From positions 15,590,099-15,654,098 of the forward strand of contig JARFYF010000057.1 in NCBI GenBank assembly GCA_030265395.1: DNA of 64,000 nucleotides. Reading direction: 5' to 3'. This document shows, piece by piece, positions 12,468 through 25,804 of the stretch (positions are counted from its first letter, which is position 1; the number at the start of each line of letters is the position of its first letter). Under the pieces are notes generated by a model. The model did no database searches. It was given only the letters and a program-made list of their open reading frames with translations, and was not told the DNA's origin. The DNA is from Rhina ancylostomus (taxonomy: Eukaryota). The position numbers and the translations under genes are program-made.

Positions 12468-14363
12468 GTAAGGAGCTCTTTGACTTCACATTGCTTCCAT
12501 CTCTACACTCCCTGCTCAGGAAAGGTCTTTTATGTTGGCTGGACCTCAGATCTGGGGTGTGGAGTAACTCTGCTTAAGAGCAGAATATTAGTTGTCCAGG
12601 TCTGGTGTTAAGTTTTTCATCCCTGGAGAAAGAGTATGGTGGTATGATTACCACCATACCCTCCTCCTCCCTTCTCTCTCTAACTCCCATTGATAGAAGC
12701 AATGAGTGAAGATAGATTAATTGATCATGGGCTGGGTGGTTGTCGCAGCCTAGAGAGTCTTCCGTCCACCAAACCTGAAATCTGGAGCAGAAACCCTGGA
12801 GGACATATAGCCCAGGAACACTCTCGAATCGATGGCACAGAGGGCGAGGTCACCAGTGAAGGAGACGGNNNNNNNNNNNNNNNNNNNNNNNNNNNNNNNN
12901 NNNNNNNNNNNNNNNNNNNNNNNNNNNNNNNNNNNNNNNNNNNNNNNNNNNNNNNNNNNNNNNNNNNNGATTCTGATTAACTTCCAATAGGCTTGACCTT
13001 TAGTTTCCCAAATTACTGTTGAAACCGTTGCTCCTCAGTAATATAATGTGTGTCCTTTTGGATGGGTTGCCCTGGTGGCACAGGTCACGGATTCTGAATT
13101 GAGGATTAAATGTTGGTTTGCTTGAAGCTTCCTAAATCCAAACTGAGGGTTTTCATTTTGATCCTTGAAAACATTCCATGTATGCGCAACTGGTAGAAAC
13201 TCCACACAATAAGGAAGAAATATTAGAAAGGAGTGAAGTCATTTCTCCACAAATTCATGTCAATTTTAAAGTGTCCTGACTGATACTGTGATTGGAATGC
13301 CTTCACCACCAGACAGCACTTATGTACAGTTCACATAATGTACTGTAGCAAGGAACAAAAAAATGCATGTAAAATTAAATTTGACAGTACAAATACAGCT
13401 TGAGCACATTCATGCTGACCCACAGCTGCCACTAAAAAAATCTAATATCAGAAATTGAGTGACTCGCTATTTTCTATTCACCGACTACTCTGAATATTCA
13501 CATCAAAGTACTTACATGTGATCACTGAATGCAGAATCTTCAGAGAGGGAAGTGAACATCTGCCTGCAATGTTTCTCCACTGATTCCCATTGCATCGGCT
13601 GAATTAGTGGTCATGCTCCATTAGAATGGGCCAGAAAACAAGGGATACCTCTGGGCTGCAATAATATTTTTGTTATGTCTGAAGGAAAGAGGGAGCTGGA
13701 GCAGAAAATTATGATTAGTTATCCCAGATTGTCCCAAATAGATCTTTTGATAAGAAAATAAAACACACATTATGCTTGTACAGACTTGTTCTGACAACTG
13801 TTTTAATGTGATTTTTAAAAATCTATTTATGGGATGTGAGTGTTGCCATCCATTACTCATTGCTCTGAATTGGGGAGCGGTTAAAAGTCAATCATTTTAG
13901 GGGTCTAGAGTCACATATTGGCCAGACAGGGTAAGGATGACGGATTTCTTTCCATGCCAGACATTAATGAACTAAATGGGTTTTTACAGCAGTGCAGTTG
14001 TTTCATGCCTACAATGACTAAAATTGGCTCTATTCCAAATTCCAGTTTTACTTAATTACTTGCATTTGACATACTGAACTGCAGTGGTGCAATTCGAATT
14101 TGTGCCTCTGTATTGGAAATCCAGATTCTGGTTGTTAGTCCAGTAATTTAACCACCATTAGTACACCATAATGTTGTATCCATTAACCTGTAATTTAAAG
14201 CAGAGATAAGAATTTCACTAATTTGACCCGCTGAGTTTGCTGAACTCACCATATGTGTTCAGAGAATTCAGAAGGGCCCATTGCATGTTGTTGAATCAGC
14301 TGTTCCTCCCTCATTTTGTCTCTTGTTAAAAACCTGTTGATAACTAAATCTCTTCCCTTGCAG

Positions 14364-14415
14364 GATACCACAGATTATGTTGCTTATGTAGCAAAGGATC
14401 CTGTAAACCAAAGAG
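14364..14415 (+). CDS. SHC2: SHC2 exon 6
   Basis: cccttgcag|DTTDYVAYVAKDPVNQR|gtgagt; 52 bp; retains the K169- and R175-equivalent residues. Confidence 0.95.
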
Positions 14416-15164
14416 GTGAGTGTTCACACATCGTCCTAAATCTATTAGTGTATTTAATGTGGTAAAACATCCCAAGGCATTTCACAGGAGTATTATTAGA
14501 CAAAAAGTTACAATAAACCACATCTGGAGATTGAGGACAGGCTTGGCCAGAGAAATAAGTCTGAAGGAGTGCTGAGGGAGAAAAGAGAGATGAAGAGGAT
14601 TAGAGAGAGTAAACCAGAATTTGGGACCTTGGTAGAGTGATAAAATTGGAGTTGATCAAAAGGTAGGAATTGGAGGAACACAGACCTCAGGATTGTATGG
14701 CAGAAGATTAAAGAGACAAAAGAAGTAAGACCACAGAGGGTACCTGAAAACAGGAAGAGAAATTTAAAGTTGAGGTGGAAGTCAGTAGGTCAGTGAGCAC
14801 AAGTGTAGTGGGTGAATGGGAGTTGGTGCAAGTTAGGAATCAGGCAGCAGAACTTTGGAACAGTTTAACGGATAACACAAAGGCCAGGATTATGTCAGAA
14901 TAGTGAAGTGTAGTGGTAATGACAGTAAGTAAGAGTTTCAACAGCATATAAACAAGACTTAATTTGATAAAGGTGGCAAACTTTTGAAACATGCTTGATA
15001 TTGTATTAATTGGCACCTCTTGGGCTTCACTAGACCACAATTCCAGACATAACAAGTGGGAAATAACTGCTAATCTGAATGTTTGAACTAATTTAATTTC
15101 TAATACTGTTGCACAATGTCATTTTGAGGCTTGTGTCTGTTATTTTTCCAAAATTGTGTGCTAA

Positions 15165-15825
15165 GGGAGCAGAGGGACCTTGGTGTACTTGTCTAAGGAT
15201 TCCTGAAGGTGATGGCATAGATAGATAAGGTGGTTAAAGAAGGCAATGGGATACTTGCCTTCATTAGCCAGAAAATAGAATATAAGAGCATGGTGGTTAT
15301 GGTACAACTATATAAAAAAACATTGGTCAGGTCACAACTGGAGTATTGTGTGCATTTCTGTTCGGCATGCTTCAGGAATGATGTGATTGCATGAGAGAGG
15401 GTGTAGAGAAGGTTCACTAGGATGTTGTCTGTGATGGGTTGTTTCAGTTATGAAGAGAGCCCAGGTAGGCTGGGTTTATTTTCTTTGGAGTGGAGGAGAC
15501 TGAAGGGGACCTTACTGAGGAAAACAAAATTATGATAGTGTTGAGAGTAAGGAACATTTTCCCATAGCAGAGGTGAGTAAAACCAGAAGGCATGGGTTTA
15601 AGGCAAGGGGTAGGAGGGTGTTTCAAATCTGTAACACACTGTCTGAGTGTGGCGATGGAGGTAAGTATTCTCACTCCAATTAAGAAGTATCAGGACAAGC
15701 ACTTGAATCATCAAGACATAGAAAGCTTTTGGCCAAATGCTGGAAAATGGGATTAGTATAGATAGGTACTTGATGGTCAGCATTGACGTGGTGAGCTGAG
15801 GGGCCTGTTTCTGTATGACTCTATT
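15165..15825 (+). mobile_element. CR1-type LINE 3' fragment
   Basis: LYKTLVRSQLEYCVHF-like and ERRLKGDL-like CR1 ORF2 relics. Confidence 0.65.
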
Positions 15826-15863
15826 TACTGAGACTAACAGAGGCTCATATTCATGTCCTGCAG

Positions 15864-15990
15864 CCTGCCATATACTGGAGTGCTGTGATGGTTTAGCACA
15901 GACTGTGATCAGCACGATTGGACAGGCTATTGAACTAAGGTTCAAACAGTATCTCCACAGCCCCCCGAAACTGGTTGCTCCACATGACAG
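15864..15990 (+). CDS. SHC2: SHC2 exon 7 (end of PTB)
   Basis: cctgcag|(A)[41 protein letters not shown](R)|gtaaga; 127 bp. Confidence 0.95.
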
Positions 15991-16463
15991 GTAAGAACGT
16001 TATAAACATGCTGTATTATTCAAGTAATAAAGCCAACTGAACCTGATTAAGTCTAACTGAAATTTCTCCTTTGTTCCCTGGATGCTGGGCTTTTACTGAG
16101 ATAAAGATCCCTCCCCTCTCCATGGTGCTGGCTGGCAGTGGGATATGGGTTCCTCTTCTCCCCAGTGTGAGGACTTACAGAGTATCACAGACCCCATCCT
16201 ATCCCACATTGGTAAAGCACTGCCCCCTTCCTATCACTCTGTGGGAGAATCGCAGATCCTGTCCTTCCATTGTGTGAGGGAATCACTGACCCCTGTCCCA
16301 TCACCCCATGAAATTGCAGATCCCATTGCCAGGCATGTTTCAGTGAGGAATGCACTGAATGGTATTGAGACTAATCGCAGAGATCAGGTAAAACTGCGAA
16401 GGATTTTGAAAGACGATGTCATACCAATTTCAACTGAATGTTTCTCATGTTCGTTGACTGTAG

Positions 16464-16632
16464 GATGACAGGCAGTGAGGAGTCTGCCTGGGGTGAAGAG
16501 GAGGAGACACCAGACCACAATTATTATAATAGCATTCCAGGAAAGCAGCCTCCCCTGGGAGGTGTTGTGGACGTGAGGGGCAGACAGTGGCATGTGCAGA
16601 CCCAGGCTCTGAGCTCCAAGGGCACCCAGCAG
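16464..16632 (+). CDS. SHC2: SHC2 exon 8 (CH1 region with YYNS motif)
   Basis: ctgtag|MTGSEESAWGEEEETPDHNYYNSIPGKQPPLGGVVDVR...GTQQ|gttagt; 169 bp. Confidence 0.92.
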
Positions 16633-17951
16633 GTTAGTAACTCATCCTGAATTATTGTGCTACCTAAACGAGGCAATTACATCTTTTGTTTTCTTTGCTG
16701 TTTTGACGCCACTCACTAGTGATATGATTGGGTATAAGATTAAAACCTGACCTGACTCATATCCAATTTGAACCCAGGAAGCTAATAATTGTTTCCATAC
16801 TCATCTAAATGCTAGTGTTCAAAGAATCCTGTCCCAGGCCTGTAGCACAGATCCACTCCACCCAACTTTGCAGACAGGGAAATCATCACTAAAATGTGAC
16901 TAATGTATTTCAACACACTGAAGTACCAAGCTGACCAGCACATTTAGGTTGGTCCTGTCTGGCTTCATGTGGCCAGACTCTAGCACTGACCACATCAGAG
17001 GTTCCGTGAGTACTAGCTGCTCACTGATACCCTGTACATTTTAACAAAATATATCCTAGAAAATAAAAGTTTTGGGTAAACTACAAGGCCTCTTTCACTA
17101 AGTTGAGAATTCACTAAGTAGAGTTGATGTTTGTTACAATGTTTGTGGGAACAGATTGTAAAGCTTCAGAAGCAGTGCAAGCACAATAGTGCTGGGACTC
17201 CAGCTGTGCTTAAAGGATCTGTCAGGAGTGCCCATATTCCCACCTGCCAAACAAGATCTTGGTCGTTGGAGAGTCAAGAGACTGTAGATGCTGGAATCTG
17301 ATGCAACAAACAATCTGCTGGAGGAACTCACTGGGTTGAGCAGCATCTGTGGGAGGAANNNNNNNNNNNNNNNNNNNNNNNNNNNNNNNNNNNNNNNNNN
17401 NNNNNNNNNNNNNNNNNNNNNNNNNNNNNNNNNNNNNNNNNNNNNNNNNNNNNNNNNNNNNNNNNNNNNNNNNNNNNNNNNNNNNNNNNNNNNNNNNNNN
17501 NNNNNNNNNNNNNNNNNNNNNNNNNNNNNNNNNNNNNNNNNNNNNNNNNNNNNNNNNNNNNNNNNNNNNNNNNNNNNNNNNNNNNNNNNNNNNNNNNNNN
17601 NNNNNNNNNNNNNNNNNNNNNNNNNNNNNNNNNNNNNNNNNNNNNNNNNNNNNNNNNNNNNNNNNNNNNNNNNNNNNNNNNNNNNNNNNNNNNNNNNNNN
17701 NNNNNNNNNNNNNNNNNNNNNNNNNNNNNNNNNNNNNNNNNNNNNNNNNNNNNNNNNNNNNNNNNNNNNNNNNNNNNNNNNNNNNNNNNNNNNNNNNNNN
17801 NNNNNNNNNNNNNNNNNNNNNNNNNNNNNNNNNNNNNNNNNNNNNNNNNNNNNNNNNNNNNNNNNNNNNNNNNNNNNNNNNNNNNNNNNNNNNNNNNNNN
17901 NNNNNNNNNNNNNNNNNNNNNNNNNNNNNNNNNNNNNNNNNNNNNNNNNNN

Positions 17952-18665
17952 ACTCAACGTCAGCAAGACCAAGGAATTGATTGTGGACTTCAGGAAGGGG
18001 AAGTCAGGAGAACACACACCAGTCCTCACTGAAGGGTCAGCAGTGGAAAGGCTGAGCAGTTTCAAGTTCCTGGGCGTCAACATCTCAGAGGATCTGTCCT
18101 GGGCCCAACACATTGATGCAATCAGGAAGAAGGCATGCCAGTGGCTCTACTTCATTAGTCTAGGAAATTTGGTATGTCACTAAAAACTCTTGCAAATTTA
18201 TACAGATGTACAGTGGAGAACATTCTGACTGGTTACATCACCGCCTGGTATGGAGGCTCCAATGTGCAGGATGGAAAGAGGCTGCAGAGAGTTGTAGACT
18301 CAGCCAGCTCCATCACGGAAAACACTCTCTCCACCACTGAGGACATTGTCAAGAGGTGGTGCTTCAAGAAGGCAGTATCCATCATTAAGGACCCTCACCA
18401 TCTGGGACATGCCATCTTTGCATTGAGGAAGAGATACCAGAGTCTGAAGAACTGTACTTATCATTTCAGGAACAGCTTCTTCCCCTCCGCCATCAAATTT
18501 TTGAATGGTCCATGAACCCATGAACACTAATTTATTATTCCTCTTTTGCACTATTTATTTATTTTTGTAGCTTATATTAATTTGTATGTCTTGCACTGTA
18601 CTGCTGCCACAAAACAACAAATTTCACGACATATGTCAGTGATAATAAACCTGATTTTGATTTGT
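17952..18665 (+). mobile_element. Rex1/Babar-type non-LTR retrotransposon 3' fragment
   Basis: LNVSKTKELIVDFRK...FKFLGVNISEDLSW...YRCTVENILTGYITAWYG...RNSFFPSAIK; frameshifted; 5' part lies in the N gap. Confidence 0.75.
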
Positions 18666-21600
18666 ACATTGTGTCTTTGAGAACATGATCCATCTCTAGA
18701 TGAAATAGAAAATGGATTAGTGGCAACTGCAGTGTAGGAGTTGGTAACAGGCCACATTTGAACTATGTATAGAAATTCAAGCCAAGAGCCATATTGTACC
18801 TAGTGACCAGGTTTTTTTTTCTGCAATTGAGAGGGAGCACTACAGTTTCTGCTTCACCTCAGCTGTACACTTCAACCTGTTCTAGGTGTATGCCCCTGTT
18901 CTTGGTATCCACACCCCCCCACCCTGGGTGTCCCACACATAGATGGGGATATACGTGGTTAGCAGAAGGCTGTCTGAAATCTTTCTGCCAAGTACAGCAC
19001 AGGTCTGAACTGAATGAATCATCAGCCCTTTTTATTCATTCAAGGGATGTGGGCTTTGTCGGCTGAGCCAGCATTTAATTACCCATCCCTAATTGCTCTT
19101 GAGAACATGTTGGTGTGCTGCTTTTCTGAACTACTGCAGTCTGTGAGGTGTAGTTAGAAAGTTCCAGGGTTTTGTCTCGGTGGTGAAGAAACAGTGATAC
19201 GTTTCCAAGTCAGGAAGAAGTGTGGCTTGGAGGGCAACTTCCAGGTGGTGGTGTTCCTATCCTTTTGCTGCCTTTGTCCTTCCAGCTGGTAGAGGTTGTG
19301 GGTTTGGAAGGTGCTCTCTAAGGAGCCTGGATGAGTTGTTGCAGTGCATCCTGTAGAGCAGATTTAAGTCAATTCACAATGACTTGGTCAGAACCTTGTA
19401 AAGCACATTTAAAAGTGAGATGAGTCACCAATTACTCACTGCATGCTTCTCCCACTTCTGCTGGTAGATGAGGATGATGCTGACAAATGGAAGCATAGCA
19501 GTGCACACATCCAGCAGGTCTGGGCTGATCCAGTCTATTGGAGCCAAATATAACTCAGCCAACAATCCACTCCTTTTGAGAGATTTCTTTTCTTGAAGTG
19601 GGAACAGATAGATCTTGTCAGTTTGTCCAGAAATAATGAGTGATCCAGACTCCTTCACTTTTTGTTATTCTAAAACCTCCAACATAAAGTTCTTAGAGTC
19701 CATCTGTGGCTTTTGAATGGTTTGTCCAACATAGAAGGATTTGCAGATTCTTAAGATGAGTTCTGATGAAGGGGCCTCGACCTGAGATGTTATAACTCTG
19801 TTTCTGTCCCCACAGATGCGACCTGACTTGTTGAGTGTTACCTGCATTTTTTGTTTTTATTTTAGATTTCCATCATATGCAGTTTTCTTGATTTTGTTAA
19901 AGCATCAGGCTGGGAGTGCATTACAGAACAAACCTCCTTATGACTACTGATCACAGAGCTCCCTCCGTGTACATTTTGGAAGAAGAAGCGCAAATATTTT
20001 CATGAAGTAGATCTAAGATTCGAAGATGATCTTAGAGGATTCAGAGACAAAAACCAAGGCTTCTTTTCAGAATGGCCCAGAGAGTTTGCTAAGTCCTTAG
20101 GGTTGGAGCAAATTGATCACCAACTAATTAATAGTTCTCTGCCTCTTGGAGCTAATCCCTGATGTCAATCCCATTTGGGCTGCAGCAGATAATAAAGAAC
20201 CTCCTGCTGTTTGCCTTTGTAGCTGCTGCTAGATGGCCAGCAGTTAATTCTTCAGAGCCTGGACATACTTGTCAATGAGCCAGAGTAGAGCATTTTCCAT
20301 GCACTGCCCCTGCCGTGAGGAGATGGTTACCAACCACCCCTTTGACTTCAGTGATAATGAAGTTNNNNNNNNNNNNNNNNNNNNNNNNNNNNNNNNNNNN
20401 NNNNNNNNNNNNNNNNNNNNNNNNNNNNNNNNNNNNNNNNNNNNNNNNNNNNNNNNNNNNNNNNNNNNNNNNNNNNNNNNNNNNNNNNNNNNNNNNNNNN
20501 NNNNNNNNNNNNNNNNNNNNNNNNNNNNNNNNNNNNNNNNNNNNNNNNNNNNNNNNNNNNNNNNNNNNNNNNNNNNNNNNNNNATGTAATCTTTAAATCC
20601 ATCGCATTATAATATGTCTAAAGTCACATCACTGCAGTCATTTACTCTGTCCTAGCATAAGCAGACCACACACAAACTGCTGAATTTTCAGTAGGTTAAA
20701 TCGTGGGTCTTAAGCTTCCACTGTGGGATGAGTTCTATTCCAGTGAAGCAGGAAGCATTGTCAACGGATTCTTGATCTGAGATGCATCCTTTTTCCAACC
20801 CTTGTCTTATAAATTGTGCACCCAGATTCCTGGAATTAGGGCAAGGAGGAGTCTTCACTGGATTCCTGGAACCGAGGTGTATGGGGCTCTTGGCAGGAGG
20901 TTTTTAGCTGGAACATCTTTTCTTTCATCTCCTTACTTTTCCTTTCACTTTCCCACTTTTGCCAGTGGTGCTGACTTACTGTGTTTCCTCGTCATCAGAT
21001 GAGGAGCAGCTACTAATATCTGATTGCGACATCTTTTTGCCTCAAATTGGAGTCAGAAGCCTTTTTTGCATTTTGGAGACAGTTTGACTTGATACTCTGT
21101 CAGTGTTGCTTTCTTTCATGCTGAGCCCAGATGCTCAACATCAGCAAGATTTCTGGCCACTACAGCCCGGTTCTAGTCCTTGCCCCATCTCCAAGACTGT
21201 AGAATAGAACAGGCAGGTTAACCATGAGCTGTTCAGTTGACAGATAATTGTGACTAGTTCAAAGGAATCTTAAACACATATTATCCTTTGCATATATTGA
21301 GTTTTTGGAATCTTTTAGGCTAGTTTAGACACTATTGTACCAGAAACTGGCCCCACTCCCAAAGCAANNNNNNNNNNNNNNNNNNNTTCTGCTAAAAGTG
21401 CCCAACAGGATAGAATAGTTGGTTTGCTGTGAGTCACGCACCCCTCCCCAACTCCAACTCATTGTCAGTAAATCAACTATGAAATTAACACACTTGTGGG
21501 TAATAGCACACCTTTGATTAGCTTTCAAATGTTTTTGGATGTAATGCATTTTTAAATTACTTAGAGAATAGGCTAAGAAGGAGAAATCATTCTGTATCAT

Positions 21601-23134
21601 TCTGTAAAGTCATTTTCAGTCATTTCAATTCAGGATCCTCTCAGCTGGTGCACGAGAAGCAGATTAAAATGCTTGTTTTTCTGATTATGCCTATTTCCTG
21701 CTCTGGTAATCAAATAGGATGGCTTATTGCCCGTAAATATATCAAGGAATAGAGAACTATATTTTGAAACAGTAATGGAAGATTCCATATGAGATAATAT
21801 ACAAAAAAAATAGAATTTGAGGAAAATTTATCAAAACAATCGATTGGCCCTATTTGGGAACCTTGACCCCAATAGATTATTGATCCAGAGGTGTGAGTTT
21901 AAATCCTACTGTGGCTGCTGAGGAATTCAAATTCAAGTAATTAAATAAAATCTGCACAAAAAAAGCTAGTCTCAGCACTGAGATGGCCATTAAACTATTA
22001 GAAAGTCTTAAAAACACATCTAATTCATTGATGCTATTGAGGGAAGGAAATCTGATATCCTTGAAAATAAATAAAATGCAGAAGATGTAAATCTAAGATG
22101 AAAACAAAAAGTGCTTGACACAATCAGCAGGTCACGCAGCATCTATAGAAAGAGACAGTTAAGATCTCAAGTTGAAGATGTGAAATGTTACCTCTGCTGC
22201 TCTTTCCACAGATGCTGCCTGACCAGCTGACTGTGACCAACACTTCCTGCTTTTGAATCTGCTGTCCTTATCTGTTCTGGCCTATTTGTGACTCCAGGCC
22301 CATCATGTGGGTCTTAGCTACCTCCTCAGTTCAGGGCAATAGGGTTGGACAATAAAGGCCACGTTGTCAGCAGTGATCTGGCTCAGTTTTGGTCTTTTTG
22401 CACTGTGTTCTGTTGGAGTNNNNNNNNNNNNNNNNNNNNNNNNNNNNNNNNNNNNNNNNNNNNNNNNNNNNNNNNNNNNNNNNNNNNNNNNNNNNNNNNN
22501 NNNNNNNNNNNNNNNNNNNCACTGTGTTCTGTTGGAGTGGATTGTTTCCCTTTTATGGAACCCTGATGTTGTTTCATTACATCCTACGTAGGCTGAGCGA
22601 GCATGTCCTTCAGACCTCCCTCACTGCCTTCAGTAACATTGCATAATAGCATTTTCAGTAATCATTGGTCTGGGAGTATTTTGTGAGTAAGACAGGAGTC
22701 ACTGGATGAGGAAAAGTCCAAGGTCAATCTAATTAGTTCACAACTGCTACCGTAGTGACATGACCTAATCATTATGGAGCTGTTGACTAATCACAGCTAT
22801 CATTTTCTATTGATTAATCTGCAACACATCCAGACATGAGGCCAGGAAATTCTGATTGATGGAGAGTGCTGTGAACCAGATGTTTAAATTCTCCTATTTC
22901 AGTTTTAAAGTATTCATCACAATATAATAATCGTGTGCTCCAGAAAGATTGTACTGCAGTAACTGTGTATTCTTGTAACAGAATCTTGTACATTCTCATA
23001 ATTATGTTACACCGGGGTGGATTTTGACTTTGGCAATTTTTCCTGTTCTACCAATGAGCAGATCTTCAGTTCATAGTGTGCAAGGTAACAGCTTCGTAAA
23101 GAGTAGACAAGAAGCCTGATGAAATTCCTTGGCG

Positions 23135-23710
23135 ATAGTTTAGAATACAAAAACTGGCAGGTCACGGTAGAACTGTACAAAATGCTGATAAGCCTATTGC
23201 TAGAATACTGTGCATAGNNNNNNNNNNNNNNNNNNNNNNNNNNNNNNNNNNNNNNNNNGAAGCTGCAGAGGAGATTTATGGGGACATTGACAGTGCTAGA
23301 GGATTATAGTGTTGAGGGGAGATTGTTGTGGCTGAGCTTGTTTTCTTCCAAATGAAGGAGACTGAGGGGAGATTTAGTTGAGGTTTATAAAATTTTGAGA
23401 GGCTGAGGGGGTCAATGGAAATAACGTATTTAGCTTAGCAGTGAAATCAGTGACTTGAGGTGGAGGTGGGGAGGGCACAGATTTAAGTTAATTGATAGAA
23501 GGATTCAAGGGGAGTTCAGAAAAAAATAATTTTTTCAATGTGATGGGGTTTGGGTTGGTTGCCTGAAAGGATGCTGGAGGCAGATACCCTAACCACAAAT
23601 CCCTGAATGAGCACTTGAAGAATCATAATCTGCAGGGCAATGGACCAGGAGCTAGGAAGGATACAATGGGCTGAAAGGCCTCCTTGCGTGATGCAATTTT
23701 GTAGATTCTA
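23135..23710 (+). mobile_element. CR1-type LINE 3' fragment
   Basis: LYKMLISLLLEYCA and RLRGDLVEVYKILRG-like relics. Confidence 0.6.
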
Positions 23711-23884
23711 TGGTAGCGTGTTGGATGACAGTGCTAATTATTTCAAGGCCCTGACACATTTCCGGTGTGGATTCCTGAGGTCAGGGGTTGGTCCGAGCTC
23801 CTGCTGCTGCCTCTCTTCTGTTGAGATTTCATGGGCAATCTCTCCCACAGCTCAGTCCTTCACTGTACTCTCCTCTCATTCCAG

Positions 23885-23972
23885 CTCAGCCGTTCGTCGC
23901 AGAGGGCAAATGGCCACATACCGCAGCAGAACACGGACAGTCACAGTGAAGATGCAAAACTCTTTGTGGCAG
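23885..23972 (+). CDS. SHC2: Probable SHC2 exon 9 (divergent CH1 linker)
   Basis: Long polypyrimidine tract ..tctcctctcattccag| LSRSSQRANGHIPQQNTDSHSEDAKLFVA(G) |gtcaga; phase 0 to 1, as required between exons 8 and 10; local CpG excess; no recognisable homology. Confidence 0.6.
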
Positions 23973-25124
23973 GTCAGAGGCGATGCATTCTCAAAATCTT
24001 TGGCAGATTCCTGAGGTGGAACAGATCTTAAGGTGATAGAACACAATCTGGGTTGTTATATCGAAAGGAATTTCCTTCAGGCAAAATATCCCATTCTCCT
24101 TCCCTGATAGCAATAGAGAGCATGTAGAGGAGATTTATGAGGATGTTGCCAGGGCATGACAGTGATGATTAGAGACCAGTCTATGTTGGAACAAAGGAAA
24201 CTGAAGGGAGACTTAACTGAGATGCATAAAAATTACACAAAACCCCACAGGGTGAGGAGCATCAAATTATTCCTTTTAGCAGAGATGGCAGATGTCATGG
24301 TTCTGAGCTCTGGCTCTCAGTTTGGCTCATTGTCTTGTCTTGTTGTCCAGCACATGGATTCCATGCTGGATTGATTACATAACAGCACACACCTGAGCCC
24401 CATCAGGGGCTTAGCATAAGTACCTGTGTTTCTCTAGTACTAGTTGCCAGAGTATTGGTCTACNNNNNNNNNNNNNNNNNNNNNNNNNNNNNNNNNNNNN
24501 NNNNNNNNNNNNNNNNNNNNNNNNNNNNNNNNNNNNNNNNNNNNNNNNNNNNNNNNNNNNNNNTGTGTTTGTCCTGAGGAAGTATCCTGACTCCAGTTTT
24601 GTATCAGTGTGCTGCATTTGGGTTCTCTGTGAGCTTGCTCCTTGCTCAACATTGTGACAGCAGAAACTTGGAGCCATGGGTTATTTGGTAGAAGGATTAA
24701 ATGCTGGGAATGTCTTTACTGCTGGTGGGAGGTGGAGGTGTGGAGACTGTCCCCACCTCTACTGTCCTGTCTGGTTATCAGGCATATTCAAGTGCATGGG
24801 AGAGAGACTTTACCCCCAGCACATGCCACAATTGGAATCTGAGGCAAACTGTAGAATCAAGACCTGGTCCTTGGTTGCTCTGGAAAACTGGAAGTGATCC
24901 TGTTTGGGATGGCAAGGTTTGACCCCAGCTAGGTGTCTTACAATGACTTAAGCCAGCAGGGCTGAACCTAAGGTGGAAATGTAAAAAATGTGTTTAACAT
25001 CCATATTGATTTAAATCAGGATCAGAAAAGCCAGCTTGCCCTGATGCTGGCACAGATCCTGCTCATCCTACCACGGTACATCTGCTTTTGTATTGTGCAC
25101 TGCTAATGGTATTGTGAATTGTAG

Positions 25125-25277
25125 GGGTGTCGAGTGATGGTTACCTTCGGCCATATGGGAAAGTCTCCTGTGAAGAGCATATGTATGTTAATACCCAGTC
25201 TCTTGATGCTGGGCAATGGTTGAATGGGACATCGGGGGACATGACCAACAGTCCTGAGAAGGATGTCTTTGATATGA
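25125..25277 (+). CDS. SHC2: SHC2 exon 10 (YVN motif)
   Basis: ttgtag|(G)VSSDGYLRPYGKVSCEEHMYVNTQSLDAGQWLNGTSGDMTNSPEKDVFDM(R)|gtaagt; 153 bp. Confidence 0.92.
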
Positions 25278-25804
25278 GTAAGTATGTCTGAAACTGCTGC
25301 CTGGGTCAGGAGTAAAGACCAGAATCAGAGCTTGAAGCCATTTTACAAAATCTGTAAATGAACTGATCTTGTTAACTATTTTATGCTTACTCAGCACCCC
25401 CCCTCCTCCAATAGCAATGGTGACCTGAATCAGTTTGGTGTTTTTCTGAATTACTGACTGCATGTTAAAAGCCAATACTAAAGGGGCAGGACTGTGGGAC
25501 CCCCCGTTAGAAGGAGAATTTGGAAGTAGCATCCCCATGTCTGTTTGCTCTTCCACCCTTCAACTACCACAGATCAACCTGCTGCACTAATCCTGGCCTC
25601 TTCCATTACTGGTGGTCATACCTCCATCTGCCTTGGCTTTAAACTCTGGAATTTCCTCCTTAAAACTCTTTATCTCTTTTTCCTTAGAGCACTGCTTAAT
25701 ATCTCTTCCAGCAAGCATCCTAATGTGTCTTGACATCAGACTTTATATTTGCTTCAGTGATGTGCCTTGGGATGTTTTACAGTTGTTTGTGTAAATATCT
25801 CAAC

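Noticed and set aside
18840-18960. Alternative candidate for SHC2 exon 9
   Set aside because: The phase-0 reading after tctag hits TAG, and no suitable phase-1 donor precedes it.
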